64,000 nucleotides of DNA from a virus (taxonomy: Duplodnaviria; Caudoviricetes), in IMG/VR virus record IMGVR_UViG_3300028591_000096, one strand, 5' to 3'. How positions within the stretch are numbered: the first letter of the stretch is position 1; every line of letters begins with the position of its first letter. This document shows, in pieces, positions 32,629 through 43,057 of this stretch. The notes beneath the pieces are model-generated. The model was given only the letters and a program-made list of their open reading frames with translations, ran no database searches and was not told the DNA's origin. A program made the position numbers and the translations under genes.

Positions 32629-33192
32629 ATGGCTGAACAACAGGAAGGAAAAAACAAGAAACAAAGAAGGATATATTCAACACAATCTATCAATCAATTG
32701 ATAAATGATCGAAATCAAGGGTATGATATTGATTTTGAACCGTTCTTTATGCGTGATCTTGGTTTAAGGGCTGCTAATATACCTTTCAAGATGACAGAGG
32801 AAGAATTGGAAGAGTATCAGAAATGTTATGATGATCCAGTTTATTATGCGGAGAATTATGCAAAGTTCATGACCGATTACGGATTGAGTACTGTTAACCT
32901 TAGAGATTATCAGAGAAACGTAATATCTACAGTAACAGCAGAGGATTACGATCCAGATGATGATCTCATTCTTCCAGTAAACAGAAACGTTGTATGGATG
33001 TCGGCGAGACAAAGCGGGAAGTGCCATTTTTATCTGTCAAAAATAAACGAAATTCCTTTGTCTGGAAATCATCCAAACGAGATTTCAATTGGTGATAAAT
33101 ATAATAAAGAGAACAATAGGAAAAATAATATATATAAGATAGTCCTTTGTTTTTTAAAATCTTTATTATATAAAATATATGGTAGACTGTGA
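32629..33192 (+). CDS. Terminase large subunit N-fragment fused to split-intein N-part (33022-33189)
   Basis: EYQKCYDDPVYYAENY, LRDYQ, Walker A SARQSGK followed directly by intein Cys1 (CHFY). Confidence 0.85.
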   Translation: MAEQQEGKNKKQRRIYSTQSINQLINDRNQGYDIDFEPFFMRDLGLRAANIPFKMTEEELEEYQKCYDDPVYYAENYAKFMTDYGLSTVNLRDYQRNVISTVTAEDYDPDDDLILPVNRNVVWMSARQSGKCHFYLSKINEIPLSGNHPNEISIGDKYNKENNRKNNIYKIVLCFLKSLLYKIYGRL

Positions 33193-34022
33193 TAAGAAAT
33201 ATCTAAGAAAAAATATATGCGATGTTTGTGGTAAAGAATTCTATTCATCAGGGAATAACAAATATTGTTCAAAAGAATGTAGAGATAAAAATAAAGATAA
33301 TTTATATCATGAAATAACATGTAAAAATTGCGGAAAACGTGTTGTTGTTCATAAAAATGCAAAATTCTGTTCAGATGAGTGTAGAATACAATATAAAAAC
33401 AGACAAGCGACATTAAGAAAACAAAAATCAAGAAATGATAATCTTATTGGTGTAGAAAATGTAGATTATGTAAAGTGTTTAATATGTGGATGTAAAATGC
33501 ACCAATTAAATGAAAGCCATCTTAAATATTTTCATAATATTACGATGGATGAATATAAAAAGATGTATCCTGGTTGTGTCATAACATCTAAAAAATTTAT
33601 AGAAAATAATTTAATAGGTGATAATAATCCAGCATCATCGTCAAAAACATCAAAGCAAGAAAGACTTGAAAGGTCTCCTTTTAGTAAAGAGTTTTATAAA
33701 AAAAGAAATATAGATGAAAATAATAGATTAGATTTTATAAAATCAATATCTAAAAAACGAGATTATAATACAAGATTAGAATACTATATAAAAAGAGGAT
33801 ATTCTGAAGATGATGCTAGAAAAATTTTATACGAAAGGCAAAATACATTTACATTAGAAAAATGTATAGAAAAATATGGATACGTTAAAGGAAAAGATAG
33901 ATATCACGAAAGACAAAAATTATGGTCTGATAAGGTTTAAAATTATGGCTATATGGGAATCAGAATTTAAAAATGATAAAGAAAAGACAATTCAAAAGTG
34001 TATAGATTTTATAAATGAATAG
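33179..34022 (+). pseudogene. Zinc-finger/Vsr(DUF559)-like homing endonuclease with the catalytic core deleted
   Basis: Repeated CxxC...YCS/FCS fingers. ORF stops at 33940, but the shifted frame just downstream reads FKIMAIWESEFKNDKEKTIQKCIDFINE, a Vsr-like C-terminus. Confidence 0.65.
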
Positions 34023-36078
34023 AATTAAACGTATATTAAAAAATTTTATAGGAAAATTAATAGAATATGTTGAACGTTTGGAATATTATGAATATTCATT
34101 CGATGAAAATGACATATCAAAAAAGATAATTAATTCTATTAATATAAAATCTAAAGTTTTAACCGATACTGGATATGAATATGCGTCGCAAATTCATATT
34201 ACACAACCATATACTGTTTATGAAATTAGAACAGAAAGTGGAAAACATATAGAATGTGCTGATAATCATATAGTTTATAATGAAAATAAAGAACAAGTTT
34301 TTGTTAAAGATCTGGTAGTTGGTGATTATATAGAAACTATTGATGGGCCAGAAATAATATCATACTTATATAAATGCCCTTATAAGTTTATGATGTATGA
34401 TATGACGATCGATCATCCAAATCATCGTTATTATACAAATGATATATTATCACATAATACAACAACTATTGCTGTATTCCTTTCATGGATGCTTATCTTT
34501 CATATAGATAGAAATATCCTGATTGTTGCAAATAAAGAAAAAACAGCGATCGAAATCGTTGATAAGATCATTAATATATTTAAAGGTCTTCCTTTCTGGC
34601 TTAAACCTGGAACCGAGCAATGGGGTAAAACAGCTTTAAAACTCGATAATGGATCAAAGATTCTTTCATCTGCTACAACTAACACAGCATCTATCGGTTT
34701 CACTATTCACTGTGTACTTCTTGATGAGTTTGCACATATTCCAGATAATATTGTAAACAACTTCTGGAGATCAGTCTATCCTACATTGTCTTCTTCTAGA
34801 GTATCTCAATGTATTATAACATCAACACCAAACGGAACAACAAATAAATTTTATGAAATTGTATCTGGTGCTATAGAGAAAAAGAATTCATTTAGATACA
34901 TAAGAACAGATTATTGGGAGGTACCTGGACATGATGATGCGTGGGCAACACAAATGAAAGCAGACTTTGGTGAAGAAGAATTTGCCCAAGAGTTTGAACT
35001 TCAGTTTAATAAGAATTCAAAAATGCTTATGAAATCTGAAGATATGAATTTCATCGATAGATTGGTTAAAGAATATGTACATAAAACAATTTATGTGAAT
35101 AACCAATATGTAAACGATGAACATATAACTTGGCATCCAGATTTTGATCCTAATGATATAAGCGAAAATGACATATTTGTATTTCTTGTTGATATTGCTG
35201 AAGGCAATGGTGATCCAGATGAGCGATTTCAAACTAAAGAAAAAACGCCAGACGCAAATACAATTAATATATTTAAAGTTGTTCTAAATTCTCCAGCAAA
35301 TATAAAGAAATACTCAAATCTTAGTTGTAGAACTCAGGATTGTATAAGATTTGTTCAGATAGGAAAATATAAGAATAGTTCCGAAGACGAAATACAAGCA
35401 GCAAGAGTTTGTTCAGCTCTTTCGTATAATGTGTTCAAAGATCATGAAAGAAACAGTGTACGTGTTATGGTTGAAATGAACTTTAATGGAAAATCATTCT
35501 TTGAAGAATTTAAAAGACATCCATTATATACAGGATCAACCATACTAAAAACATACCATAAAAAACCAATTCCTGGTGAGCAACAAAAGCGAAAGTATGG
35601 GTTCAAAACAACAACAAATAAAGAGCATTATTGTATAAAAGGAAATAAGCTTATATCAATGCATAGGACAATTGTTACGTGTGTTGATACATTTGAACAA
35701 ATGAAATCTTTCGGATACGTTAGAGGAAAAATAAAAGGTATTGCTTGTCATGATGACCTGTCAATGCCAGTATTTAATCACATACCAAGAATGCTTGACG
35801 AAAAAACGTTTATATCATGGATAGATGAATATATTCAATTTAAAGCTGAAAGATTAAAAGTTTATACTATAAATGAGATCATACAACGATGGGCTATGGA
35901 TAACCCAGAAATGAGTGATGATGATTTTGCTGGGTTGTATAATCTTGATGAAAATGACTCATATGTTCAAACAGAAAATAATTATATAAATTTTGCACAG
36001 GTCACATACGGACAAACGATAGACGGTGGATTTAATTATGGTGGAGGATTAACATATTCTCAAATAGCTAAATATTAA
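34015..36078 (+). CDS. Split-intein C-part (34015-34458) fused to terminase large subunit C-fragment
   Basis: KVLTDTG, IECADNH, MYDMTI...YYTNDILSHN|TTT; then Walker B LLDEFAH, ITSTPNG, FLVDIAEG, HDD. Confidence 0.9.
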   Translation: MNRIKRILKNFIGKLIEYVERLEYYEYSFDENDISKKIINSINIKSKVLTDTGYEYASQIHITQPYTVYEIRTESGKHIECADNHIVYNENKEQVFVKDLVVGDYIETIDGPEIISYLYKCPYKFMMYDMTIDHPNHRYYTNDILSHNTTTIAVFLSWMLIFHIDRNILIVANKEKTAIEIVDKIINIFKGLPFWLKPGTEQWGKTALKLDNGSKILSSATTNTASIGFTIHCVLLDEFAHIPDNIVNNFWRSVYPTLSSSRVSQCIITSTPNGTTNKFYEIVSGAIEKKNSFRYIRTDYWEVPGHDDAWATQMKADFGEEEFAQEFELQFNKNSKMLMKSEDMNFIDRLVKEYVHKTIYVNNQYVNDEHITWHPDFDPNDISENDIFVFLVDIAEGNGDPDERFQTKEKTPDANTINIFKVVLNSPANIKKYSNLSCRTQDCIRFVQIGKYKNSSEDEIQAARVCSALSYNVFKDHERNSVRVMVEMNFNGKSFFEEFKRHPLYTGSTILKTYHKKPIPGEQQKRKYGFKTTTNKEHYCIKGNKLISMHRTIVTCVDTFEQMKSFGYVRGKIKGIACHDDLSMPVFNHIPRMLDEKTFISWIDEYIQFKAERLKVYTINEIIQRWAMDNPEMSDDDFAGLYNLDENDSYVQTENNYINFAQVTYGQTIDGGFNYGGGLTYSQIAKY

Positions 36079-36085
36079 AAATAAG

Positions 36086-36841
36086 ATGATAGTTCACGTA
36101 TATACATTTTGTTATAATGAAATGACAATATTACCATTTGTCGTTGATTACCTTGATACATATGCAGACCATGTGTATGTTTATGATAATGGATCGACTG
36201 ATGGGTCAATAGAATTTCTAAGTAAGTTTGACTGGATAACAGTTAGACATTTTGATACAGCTGGAAAAAACAACACAGTAATGAAAGATATTAAGAATAA
36301 GTGTTGGAAAGAAAGTAGAGGTGTTGCTGATCTTGTTGTTGTTTGTGATCTTGATGAGGTACTTTGTGCTAAAAATATAAGAAGATCATTACAGGATATG
36401 ATTGATGGTGGATATACAATAGCAGCGCCAAAATGGTATACGTTTGTATCAGAGACAATGCCAATATACGAAAAAGGAAAGCTTCTTCATGAGAATTATC
36501 CATTGGCTTGGTTTGGTGATGGAAAGGTTTTGATATTTGATCCTAATAAAATTGACGATATTAATTTTACAGTTGGATCACATAGTTGTAAACCAACAGG
36601 ATTTATAAAATATTATAGTCAAGGCAAAACTGGCGATATATATTGTTTACATATATGTAATAATCTTGGTGTAGAGTACAAAATAGAGAAATATAAAATG
36701 GCAAATAAAAGACGCTCTCAACATGACATTAATGCAAAACACGGTATACATTATACTCAATCACCAGAAAAAATAAGAGCAGACTATAAAAATATGTTAA
36801 AAACATCTGTCAATTTTGCCGAAATAATAAAACCAAATTAA
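36086..36841 (+). CDS. Glycosyltransferase family 2-like protein
   Basis: YDNGSTDGS and CDLDE motifs. Confidence 0.8.
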   Translation: MIVHVYTFCYNEMTILPFVVDYLDTYADHVYVYDNGSTDGSIEFLSKFDWITVRHFDTAGKNNTVMKDIKNKCWKESRGVADLVVVCDLDEVLCAKNIRRSLQDMIDGGYTIAAPKWYTFVSETMPIYEKGKLLHENYPLAWFGDGKVLIFDPNKIDDINFTVGSHSCKPTGFIKYYSQGKTGDIYCLHICNNLGVEYKIEKYKMANKRRSQHDINAKHGIHYTQSPEKIRADYKNMLKTSVNFAEIIKPN

Positions 36842-36912
36842 CATATAGTTGTTTTTATTTTCATATTAAGGAAACAAGTTGTATATTTGCAACAGAATAT
36901 TTATAACTTAAT

Positions 36913-37518
36913 ATGACTGACAATTTTAAGCTTATTAGGCAATATCTTATAGATAATGGTATTCCGCAACATAATTCATCAAGTTTAATGAAGCACTATG
37001 TTGTGGAAATTATTTCTCGCGGAAAAGATAATCCAGGCATGTCAGCCGCAAATAGGCATTTCAAAAATTATTATTTTCCATGTATTGATAAGTTTGATCA
37101 ATATGAATCTGAAATTAAAAATGTTTGTGATGCTCTTAGGATGAGAGCATATGTTTCTGTAAACTATAAAATGTATGATCAGGTTCTTATGGATACTGCT
37201 GCTGAATGCGCTGTAAGATCTGCCGCACACAATTATGGTAGACCATATTCCATATATGAACATTGTTCTGGAAAATACGTCAATAGAAATGATAAAAAGT
37301 TTGTTGTCGACATAGATGAGGATCAGATGTCTTTTTTTGATGAAATTAAACATCATCTTGATGATAAGATTGTTTTGATTGTTCCGACAAGAACTGGAAA
37401 ACATCTTATAACAACACCGTTTGATACATTAGCTTTCCAACAGCAATGTATAAACAAATATGGAGTTTCATCAGATATTAAGAAAAATCATCTGACGTTA
37501 TTATATGAGAACTTATGA
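36913..37518 (+). CDS. Conserved phage hypothetical protein (DxD and TxxGxH motifs, possibly AEP/primase-like fold)
   Basis: VVDID, PTRTGKHLIT. Confidence 0.45.
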   Translation: MTDNFKLIRQYLIDNGIPQHNSSSLMKHYVVEIISRGKDNPGMSAANRHFKNYYFPCIDKFDQYESEIKNVCDALRMRAYVSVNYKMYDQVLMDTAAECAVRSAAHNYGRPYSIYEHCSGKYVNRNDKKFVVDIDEDQMSFFDEIKHHLDDKIVLIVPTRTGKHLITTPFDTLAFQQQCINKYGVSSDIKKNHLTLLYENL

Positions 37519-37546
37519 ACTTTAAAAACAACAAAAAATTATAACA

Positions 37547-37846
37547 ATGAAAGCAGTTTATCTAAAGAATTTCAGAAAAGGACTTGCGACAAACAGTAGT
37601 TCTACACATTCTCTTATCTATCGTAATGATGGAGAACTTTTTAAGGATCTTGATATATTTGAGTGTGATTACTATGACCGATCCACAAGTACTATTGCGG
37701 CATCTCGTGAAGCAAAGATCAAGTATGTTCTTGCTGATATTATGTATAATGAACCTTTAGTAAAGATTATGTCATCTATAACATATGATGAAATAAACGA
37801 TCACTATTATAGCAATTCTAAACATTATTGGGACGAAAATGAGTAG
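37547..37846 (+). CDS. Hypothetical protein with a TNSSSTHS motif, possibly truncated
   Basis: RKGLATNSSSTHS N-terminal motif; short. Confidence 0.5.
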   Translation: MKAVYLKNFRKGLATNSSSTHSLIYRNDGELFKDLDIFECDYYDRSTSTIAASREAKIKYVLADIMYNEPLVKIMSSITYDEINDHYYSNSKHYWDENE

Positions 37847-39668
37847 AACCTTGTCAAATTTAAAATATAATATGCGTTGTGCAAAGAAGATTGTTCCATC
37901 GATCTATCTTTGTATACGCTTTCCTTTTTTATATCCACGTAACAGATTTACTGGATTACATTATAATAACTGGAAGATTCGTGATACGTTGAAGGAGCTT
38001 GTCAATGATGCCTATAATTTCGGAGGAAAGGAAGAAGGATATAAAATGACAGTAAAAAACAGATGGAAGTGGATTCAGTATAATGTATTGAAATGGTTTC
38101 ATGATTATTTTTTGCAAGTTGTATTCTGTATACCAACATATACTGAACTTGATTCTATGGATGCTGGGTGGAGAAAAGCATTCGGTATTCAGATGTGCAA
38201 AGAAATTAAACAAGCTTTACTTGATGCTGGTGGAAGGAAATTACTTCATAGATATAGGATTTCACAGATTAAAGAGAAATGGGGATGCTATGATGAAAAA
38301 ACAGAAGTGTTAACAAAAGATGGATTTAAATTTTTTAAAGACGTAAATTTAAATGATGAAATTGCAACATTAAATGAAAATGGTGAACTTGAATACAATA
38401 AGCCGACAGATTATTTTTCTTACGTTTATAATGGAAAAATGTATAGGTTAAAACATAGAGGTGTTGATATAAAAGTTACACCAAATCATAACTTATATGT
38501 TTCTAAAGGAAGTTATTATAATGGAAACAAAAATAACGAAAAAAGAACATATGAGTTTGAATTAACAAACCCAGATACATATTTTGGTAAAGATAAAAGA
38601 TTTAAAAAAGGATGTATTTGGACTGGTCAGGAACCAAATGAAACATTTAAAATCCCTACATATTCATATACGAACAAAACAAAAAGTAAAAAAGGTAAAA
38701 TTTATAATAGAACATATAATATAAATGGCCCAGATATAAATATTGTTCATTTTTTAAGATTTTTAGGGTTTTATGTTGCAGAAGGATGTGTGAGTCATGG
38801 AAAAGGACATGGATCTTCTATACATGTTGCATATAATCCATATGACGAAGAGGAAATTGTTAATGAATTAATAAAAAACATAGGTTTTGTTCCTAAACAG
38901 TCTAGTATTGGTGTAAAAATTTTTTCTTGCGCTCCTTTGGGGGTTTGGTTGAAAAATAATTGTGGTCATTTGTCATATAATAAAAAATGTCCATCGTTTA
39001 TAAAAAATTTGCCACCAAAATATATTGAAGAATTTTTAAAGTATTTATATATTGGTGATGGACATAAAGCTAAAACAAGTAATATTTTAACAACAACATC
39101 TGAAAAGTTAAAAGATGATGTTTGTGAATTATTATTAAAGGCTGGATATACGTTTAGAGTTAAAGAGATAGATAGAATTGGAAAAGAAAACAAATATAAT
39201 ATAATATCAAAACGAAAAGTTTATGAAATTAATTGGCTTAAAAACACATTTGTTGAAATAGATAATTCAAAAGTAAACAAAGTAAATAATTTTTTTGAAG
39301 GTTGGATTGATTATTCTGGTTTTGTATATTGTGTAACAGTTAAAAATCATATTCTTTATATAAGAAGAAACGGAAAAGGTTGTTGGTGTGGAAATTCTCT
39401 TCAATGGTATGATTGTGGTGCCCCAGAAGAAGTTAGAAAGATTGTAGCAAAGTACGAATATATTTCAGAAAGAACTTGTATATCATGTGGACGACCAGCA
39501 AAAGGATTATCGAGAGGATATATTTGTCCTTATTGTGAAGATTGTGCTGGAGATAATGAACTTGATGAGTATTATACTGAAGAAATGCCTTGGTATGGAT
39601 ATTATATCTATAGATCAAAGGATGAAAAAGAAGCAATAGATTCATCAACAAATATAAAAGAAGAATAA
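37839..39668 (+). CDS. Phage QxKEK(F/W)GxL-family Zn-ribbon protein containing a LAGLIDADG intein (38286-39395)
   Basis: QIKEKWG|CYDEKTEVLT; VTPNHNL; FLGFYVAEG and LYIGDG endonuclease blocks; VYCVTV...WCGN|SLQWY; C-terminal CISCG/CEDC. Confidence 0.85.
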   Translation: MSRTLSNLKYNMRCAKKIVPSIYLCIRFPFLYPRNRFTGLHYNNWKIRDTLKELVNDAYNFGGKEEGYKMTVKNRWKWIQYNVLKWFHDYFLQVVFCIPTYTELDSMDAGWRKAFGIQMCKEIKQALLDAGGRKLLHRYRISQIKEKWGCYDEKTEVLTKDGFKFFKDVNLNDEIATLNENGELEYNKPTDYFSYVYNGKMYRLKHRGVDIKVTPNHNLYVSKGSYYNGNKNNEKRTYEFELTNPDTYFGKDKRFKKGCIWTGQEPNETFKIPTYSYTNKTKSKKGKIYNRTYNINGPDINIVHFLRFLGFYVAEGCVSHGKGHGSSIHVAYNPYDEEEIVNELIKNIGFVPKQSSIGVKIFSCAPLGVWLKNNCGHLSYNKKCPSFIKNLPPKYIEEFLKYLYIGDGHKAKTSNILTTTSEKLKDDVCELLLKAGYTFRVKEIDRIGKENKYNIISKRKVYEINWLKNTFVEIDNSKVNKVNNFFEGWIDYSGFVYCVTVKNHILYIRRNGKGCWCGNSLQWYDCGAPEEVRKIVAKYEYISERTCISCGRPAKGLSRGYICPYCEDCAGDNELDEYYTEEMPWYGYYIYRSKDEKEAIDSSTNIKEE

Positions 39669-39767
39669 TTTTTTCACTTTTATTTTTCAAATTCAAAATA
39701 AATTTGTATATTTGCAACAACAAAGAGAAAAAAAACAAAAATAACTTAAACATAAAAGACAAAGACA

Positions 39768-41117
39768 ATGAAGCTCGAAGAAATTTTCAATCAGAAGAGA
39801 ACTGAGAACGGTGATATCGCTTTCACTAAGATTAATGATGACAATCTGTTAAATCTGTTGTTTCTTACAGAGTATTATCAGAATCATTTGTCAGAGGTAC
39901 AAATCGGTAACACTGAGAAAGACCAGTTGTTCGCTCGTTTTGTGCGCGATCCAAGATTCGGTCTCGGACGTAGAGATCTTGGACGTGTGTTGATGCACAT
40001 GGCTGGATGTTCTATCGAGGACATTGTAAAGTCTGGTCGTGTTGACGATCTATTCGTTTACGATTCTAAGTGTCGTGATTATTACATTGATGCCGATATT
40101 CTTGACTATCTTAAGAGAGAAATTGAGAATGGTAATGAACTTGTAAAGAAGTGGATGCCTCGCTACAGTTCTAAGAACCTAATGATCGCGCGTCAGATTG
40201 CAAAGTACTGGGGTATGAATAAGCAGCAGTACGGACACTTTATCAAGTGTAACACAACCGAAAACAAGCTTTCTCGTAAGAATACTAGTGAGATCAAGTT
40301 CGAGCAGGTTCCATCTCTTGCTATGATAAAGTATTTTAACCGATTCAAAACAAAGGAGGACACAAAGGATCGTTTCGAAAAGTATCTTGAAGATGTTCGT
40401 TCTGGGAAGAAGGAACTCAAGATCGCTACAACTACAGTGTACGACATCTATCGTAACCGTGACAAGATCGATCCTGTTTTGTTCTTCGACAGGATTGAGA
40501 AGATCAAGATCAATGCAATTCCTATTGTTGATACATCTGGCTCGATGTGTAACTCAAATGATTCGATAGGCAAAGCTTATGCTATCGGTCATTACATTGC
40601 TAAGTGTAGCACATATGCGCCTAATAAGGTTATTACGTTTAGTGATCATCCTACATTACTTACTCTTGGAGAAGAGAATATCTTCGCAGATGGTTGGTGT
40701 GGTAATAGACATGAAAAGCAGAATCTTTCACACTGTAAAAATCAGTATGAACGTGAGATTGAATCAATGTATACTGGAGATTGTTCAAATACAGATTTTG
40801 GTAGGGTTATGGAACTTCTGAAGGATCTTACAGATCTTCCTGAATATTTGGTTGTTCTTTCTGATTGTGAGTTTGATGCTGGTTCTAGACAATCAAAGTC
40901 AGAACTCGAAAGACTCTGGAGTGAACATGGATACACCACAAAGATTGTGTGGTGGAACCTTAACGAAAGAAATATCACGATACCTGAGATGGATCACAAT
41001 GGTAATATCTATCTGTCTGGATATTCTCCAATGCTTCTTAAGTTCCTTGAGGTTGGTTTCGATGGAACAGCGTTCCTTAACAAACTTCTTGATGAATACA
41101 AGAAAGCTGTAGGATAA
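39768..41117 (+). CDS. DUF2828-type TROVE/Ro60-like protein with C-terminal vWA domain
   Basis: RTENGD, RDPRFGLGRR, KWMPR, F.QVPSLAM; MIDAS DTSGSM, NTDF, LSDCEFD, IVWWNL. Confidence 0.75.
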   Translation: MKLEEIFNQKRTENGDIAFTKINDDNLLNLLFLTEYYQNHLSEVQIGNTEKDQLFARFVRDPRFGLGRRDLGRVLMHMAGCSIEDIVKSGRVDDLFVYDSKCRDYYIDADILDYLKREIENGNELVKKWMPRYSSKNLMIARQIAKYWGMNKQQYGHFIKCNTTENKLSRKNTSEIKFEQVPSLAMIKYFNRFKTKEDTKDRFEKYLEDVRSGKKELKIATTTVYDIYRNRDKIDPVLFFDRIEKIKINAIPIVDTSGSMCNSNDSIGKAYAIGHYIAKCSTYAPNKVITFSDHPTLLTLGEENIFADGWCGNRHEKQNLSHCKNQYEREIESMYTGDCSNTDFGRVMELLKDLTDLPEYLVVLSDCEFDAGSRQSKSELERLWSEHGYTTKIVWWNLNERNITIPEMDHNGNIYLSGYSPMLLKFLEVGFDGTAFLNKLLDEYKKAVG

Positions 41118-41143
41118 ATATATTGTACACTACGATCCTTGAG

Positions 41144-41217
41144 GACAGACGTACAGCAAACATCTTTATAAGATCATATTAATAAATTATGTATGTATAA
41201 CTTATAAAAATCTGTTG
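41144..41217 (+). ncRNA. CAGCAA-family small RNA 1 (candidate Y-like RNA)
   Basis: GACAGAC-GTA-CAGCAA ... ATCTGTT-G; outer stem CGATCCT/AGGATCG. Confidence 0.6.
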
Positions 41218-41239
41218 GAGGATCGACTATATATTTCAA

Positions 41240-41298
41240 GGAAGTTGCACAGCAAATAGACTTTATAAATTATACATGAGATTGAAAAACGACTTCTG
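41240..41298 (+). ncRNA. CAGCAA-family small RNA 2
   Basis: GGAAGTT-GCA-CAGCAA ... GACTTCT-G. Confidence 0.65.
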
Positions 41299-41307
41299 TT
41301 ATTTATA

Positions 41308-41343
41308 CAAATGGGGAATAGTATAAAATCTATTCCCCATTTT
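41308..41343 (+). terminator. Intrinsic terminator closing the DUF2828 + 2 RNA unit
   Basis: ATGGGGAATAG/CTATTCCCCAT hairpin followed by a T run. Confidence 0.8.
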
Positions 41344-41405
41344 GTTTTTCTAAATTAAAATAAAGTTGTATATTTGCAATAAAGAAATAAAATAAAAAGC
41401 AAAAA

Positions 41406-42080
41406 ATGAATAATAGAAAAGATTTTTATCTCTATGCAAGAGATCGAGGACTTTCCTCTTTGACGCTTGATGGGTACGCTAAATTCAACGATGCTTACAT
41501 CAATCCTACAATTCTTGAGGAACGTAAGTTAAATGTAGCACAAATGGATATTTTCAGCCGTTTACAGGCAGATCGCATTGTTTTCCTTGGCGTGCCTATT
41601 GATGACGATGTTGCTAATATTGTACAGGCGCAGCTTCTCTACCTTTCGTCAAATGATGATAAATCAGATATTTCTCTTTATCTGAACACACCAGGAGGAC
41701 ACGTATCGTCTGGTCTAGGTATCTATGATACGATGCAGCTTATCAGCCCAGACGTGTCTACAATATGTACTGGTATGGCTGCTTCTATGGGTGCTGTTCT
41801 TCTCTGTGCTGGAGAAAAAGGAAAACGTAATATACTTCCACACTCTCGTGTACTTATCCATCAGCCCCTCGGTGGAACCGAAGGACAAGCATCAGATATT
41901 ATGATTGCGGCAAAGGAAATGCAGAAGACAAAAGAGGAACTTCTTCATATTATCGCAGATCACACTGGACAGCTTTATGAAAAAATCCTTGTTGATGCAG
42001 ACCGTGACTACTGGATGAATGCACAGGAAGCTGTTGAATATGGCATGGTTGATAATATAATGAAAAAGAAAAAGAAATAA
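41406..42080 (+). CDS. clpP: ATP-dependent Clp protease proteolytic subunit
   Basis: MDIFSRL, YLNTPGG, GMAASMG (Ser), IHQPLGG (His), DRDYWM (Asp). Confidence 0.95.
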   Translation: MNNRKDFYLYARDRGLSSLTLDGYAKFNDAYINPTILEERKLNVAQMDIFSRLQADRIVFLGVPIDDDVANIVQAQLLYLSSNDDKSDISLYLNTPGGHVSSGLGIYDTMQLISPDVSTICTGMAASMGAVLLCAGEKGKRNILPHSRVLIHQPLGGTEGQASDIMIAAKEMQKTKEELLHIIADHTGQLYEKILVDADRDYWMNAQEAVEYGMVDNIMKKKKK

Positions 42081-42231
42081 ATAAATCACGATAGACCGAA
42101 TAAAAGATAAAATTATAAAGATAAATATCCCGAATCAGATTTAAGAAGGTTAATCAACAAAATATAAAAAAATAACTTTTTAACAAAGATAAATAAATAG
42201 TACAAAAGAAATAAAACAAAACAATTAAGCG

Positions 42232-42762
42232 ATGGCAAAGAAAACAACTGATAAAGATACAAAGGTTATTACGACAAAGACTGTCGAAGAGACTCCTGCT
42301 GTATCTGAACAGAAAGAAGAGAATGTTGTAAATCTTGAGAAGGTTGATGATACTGACGACAAGAATGATGTTTCTGAGGTAATTGCTACTGAGAACATTT
42401 CTGAGAATGTTGAGAAAGAAGATACACCAGAGAATGCAGAGCCACTTGATAAGCCTGAAACACCAACAGAAATGCTGAACGAGTCTGCATCTGATGATAA
42501 GAAAGACGACGAAGAGAAGGATGAAGAGTCAAAAGATGATGAGGAGGATAAAACAGAATATACTGTAGATACTCCAGCAATCTCAGAATCGATTGATCCA
42601 GAGTCCGCAGGTATGAGTAGTATCACACCAGCATATGTTGCATGCCCACCTATCAAGGATGCATACGTTGCGTCAGACGATACGCCAACATATACAGCAC
42701 AATGTCCACCTAAGCCAGCGACGGAAAAACCAGATGCTTATGTAGCACAGAAACCGTACTAA
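42232..42762 (+). CDS. Acidic low-complexity hypothetical protein
   Basis: 176 aa, D/E-rich, late promoter upstream. Confidence 0.65.
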   Translation: MAKKTTDKDTKVITTKTVEETPAVSEQKEENVVNLEKVDDTDDKNDVSEVIATENISENVEKEDTPENAEPLDKPETPTEMLNESASDDKKDDEEKDEESKDDEEDKTEYTVDTPAISESIDPESAGMSSITPAYVACPPIKDAYVASDDTPTYTAQCPPKPATEKPDAYVAQKPY

Positions 42763-42782
42763 AAGGCTTAAAGTATAAAGTT

Positions 42783-42815
42783 AATGGTGGACTTGATAAA
42801 AGTTCACCATTTTTT
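42783..42815 (+). terminator. Intrinsic terminator
   Basis: AATGGTGGACTT/AAGTTCACCATT followed by a T run. Confidence 0.75.
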
Positions 42816-42886
42816 GTTTTCATAATCGAAAATAAAGTTGTATATTTGCAACGTTGAAACAAGAGTTCTTTGAAGCAATATAATAT

Positions 42887-42960
42887 CGCGCATTGGTAGC
42901 AGTTGGTAGCTCGCCAGGCTCATAACCTGGAGGTCCTGTGTTCGAGTCACAGATGCGCAA
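42887..42960 (+). tRNA. tRNA-fMet(CAT)
   Basis: Cloverleaf, C1xA72 mismatch, CCAGG-CTCATAA-CCTGG. Confidence 0.9.
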
Positions 42961-42983
42961 CTAGTTGATAATCAGAAACTTAT

Positions 42984-43057
42984 GCTTCTTTAGCTCAGTT
43001 GGTCAGAGCACGATATTTGTAATATCGGGGTCGTTGGTTCGAAGCCGACAAGAAGCT
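42984..43057 (+). tRNA. tRNA-Thr(TGT)
   Basis: GCTTCTT/AAGAAGC acceptor; CGATA-TTTGTAA-TATCG. Confidence 0.9.
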
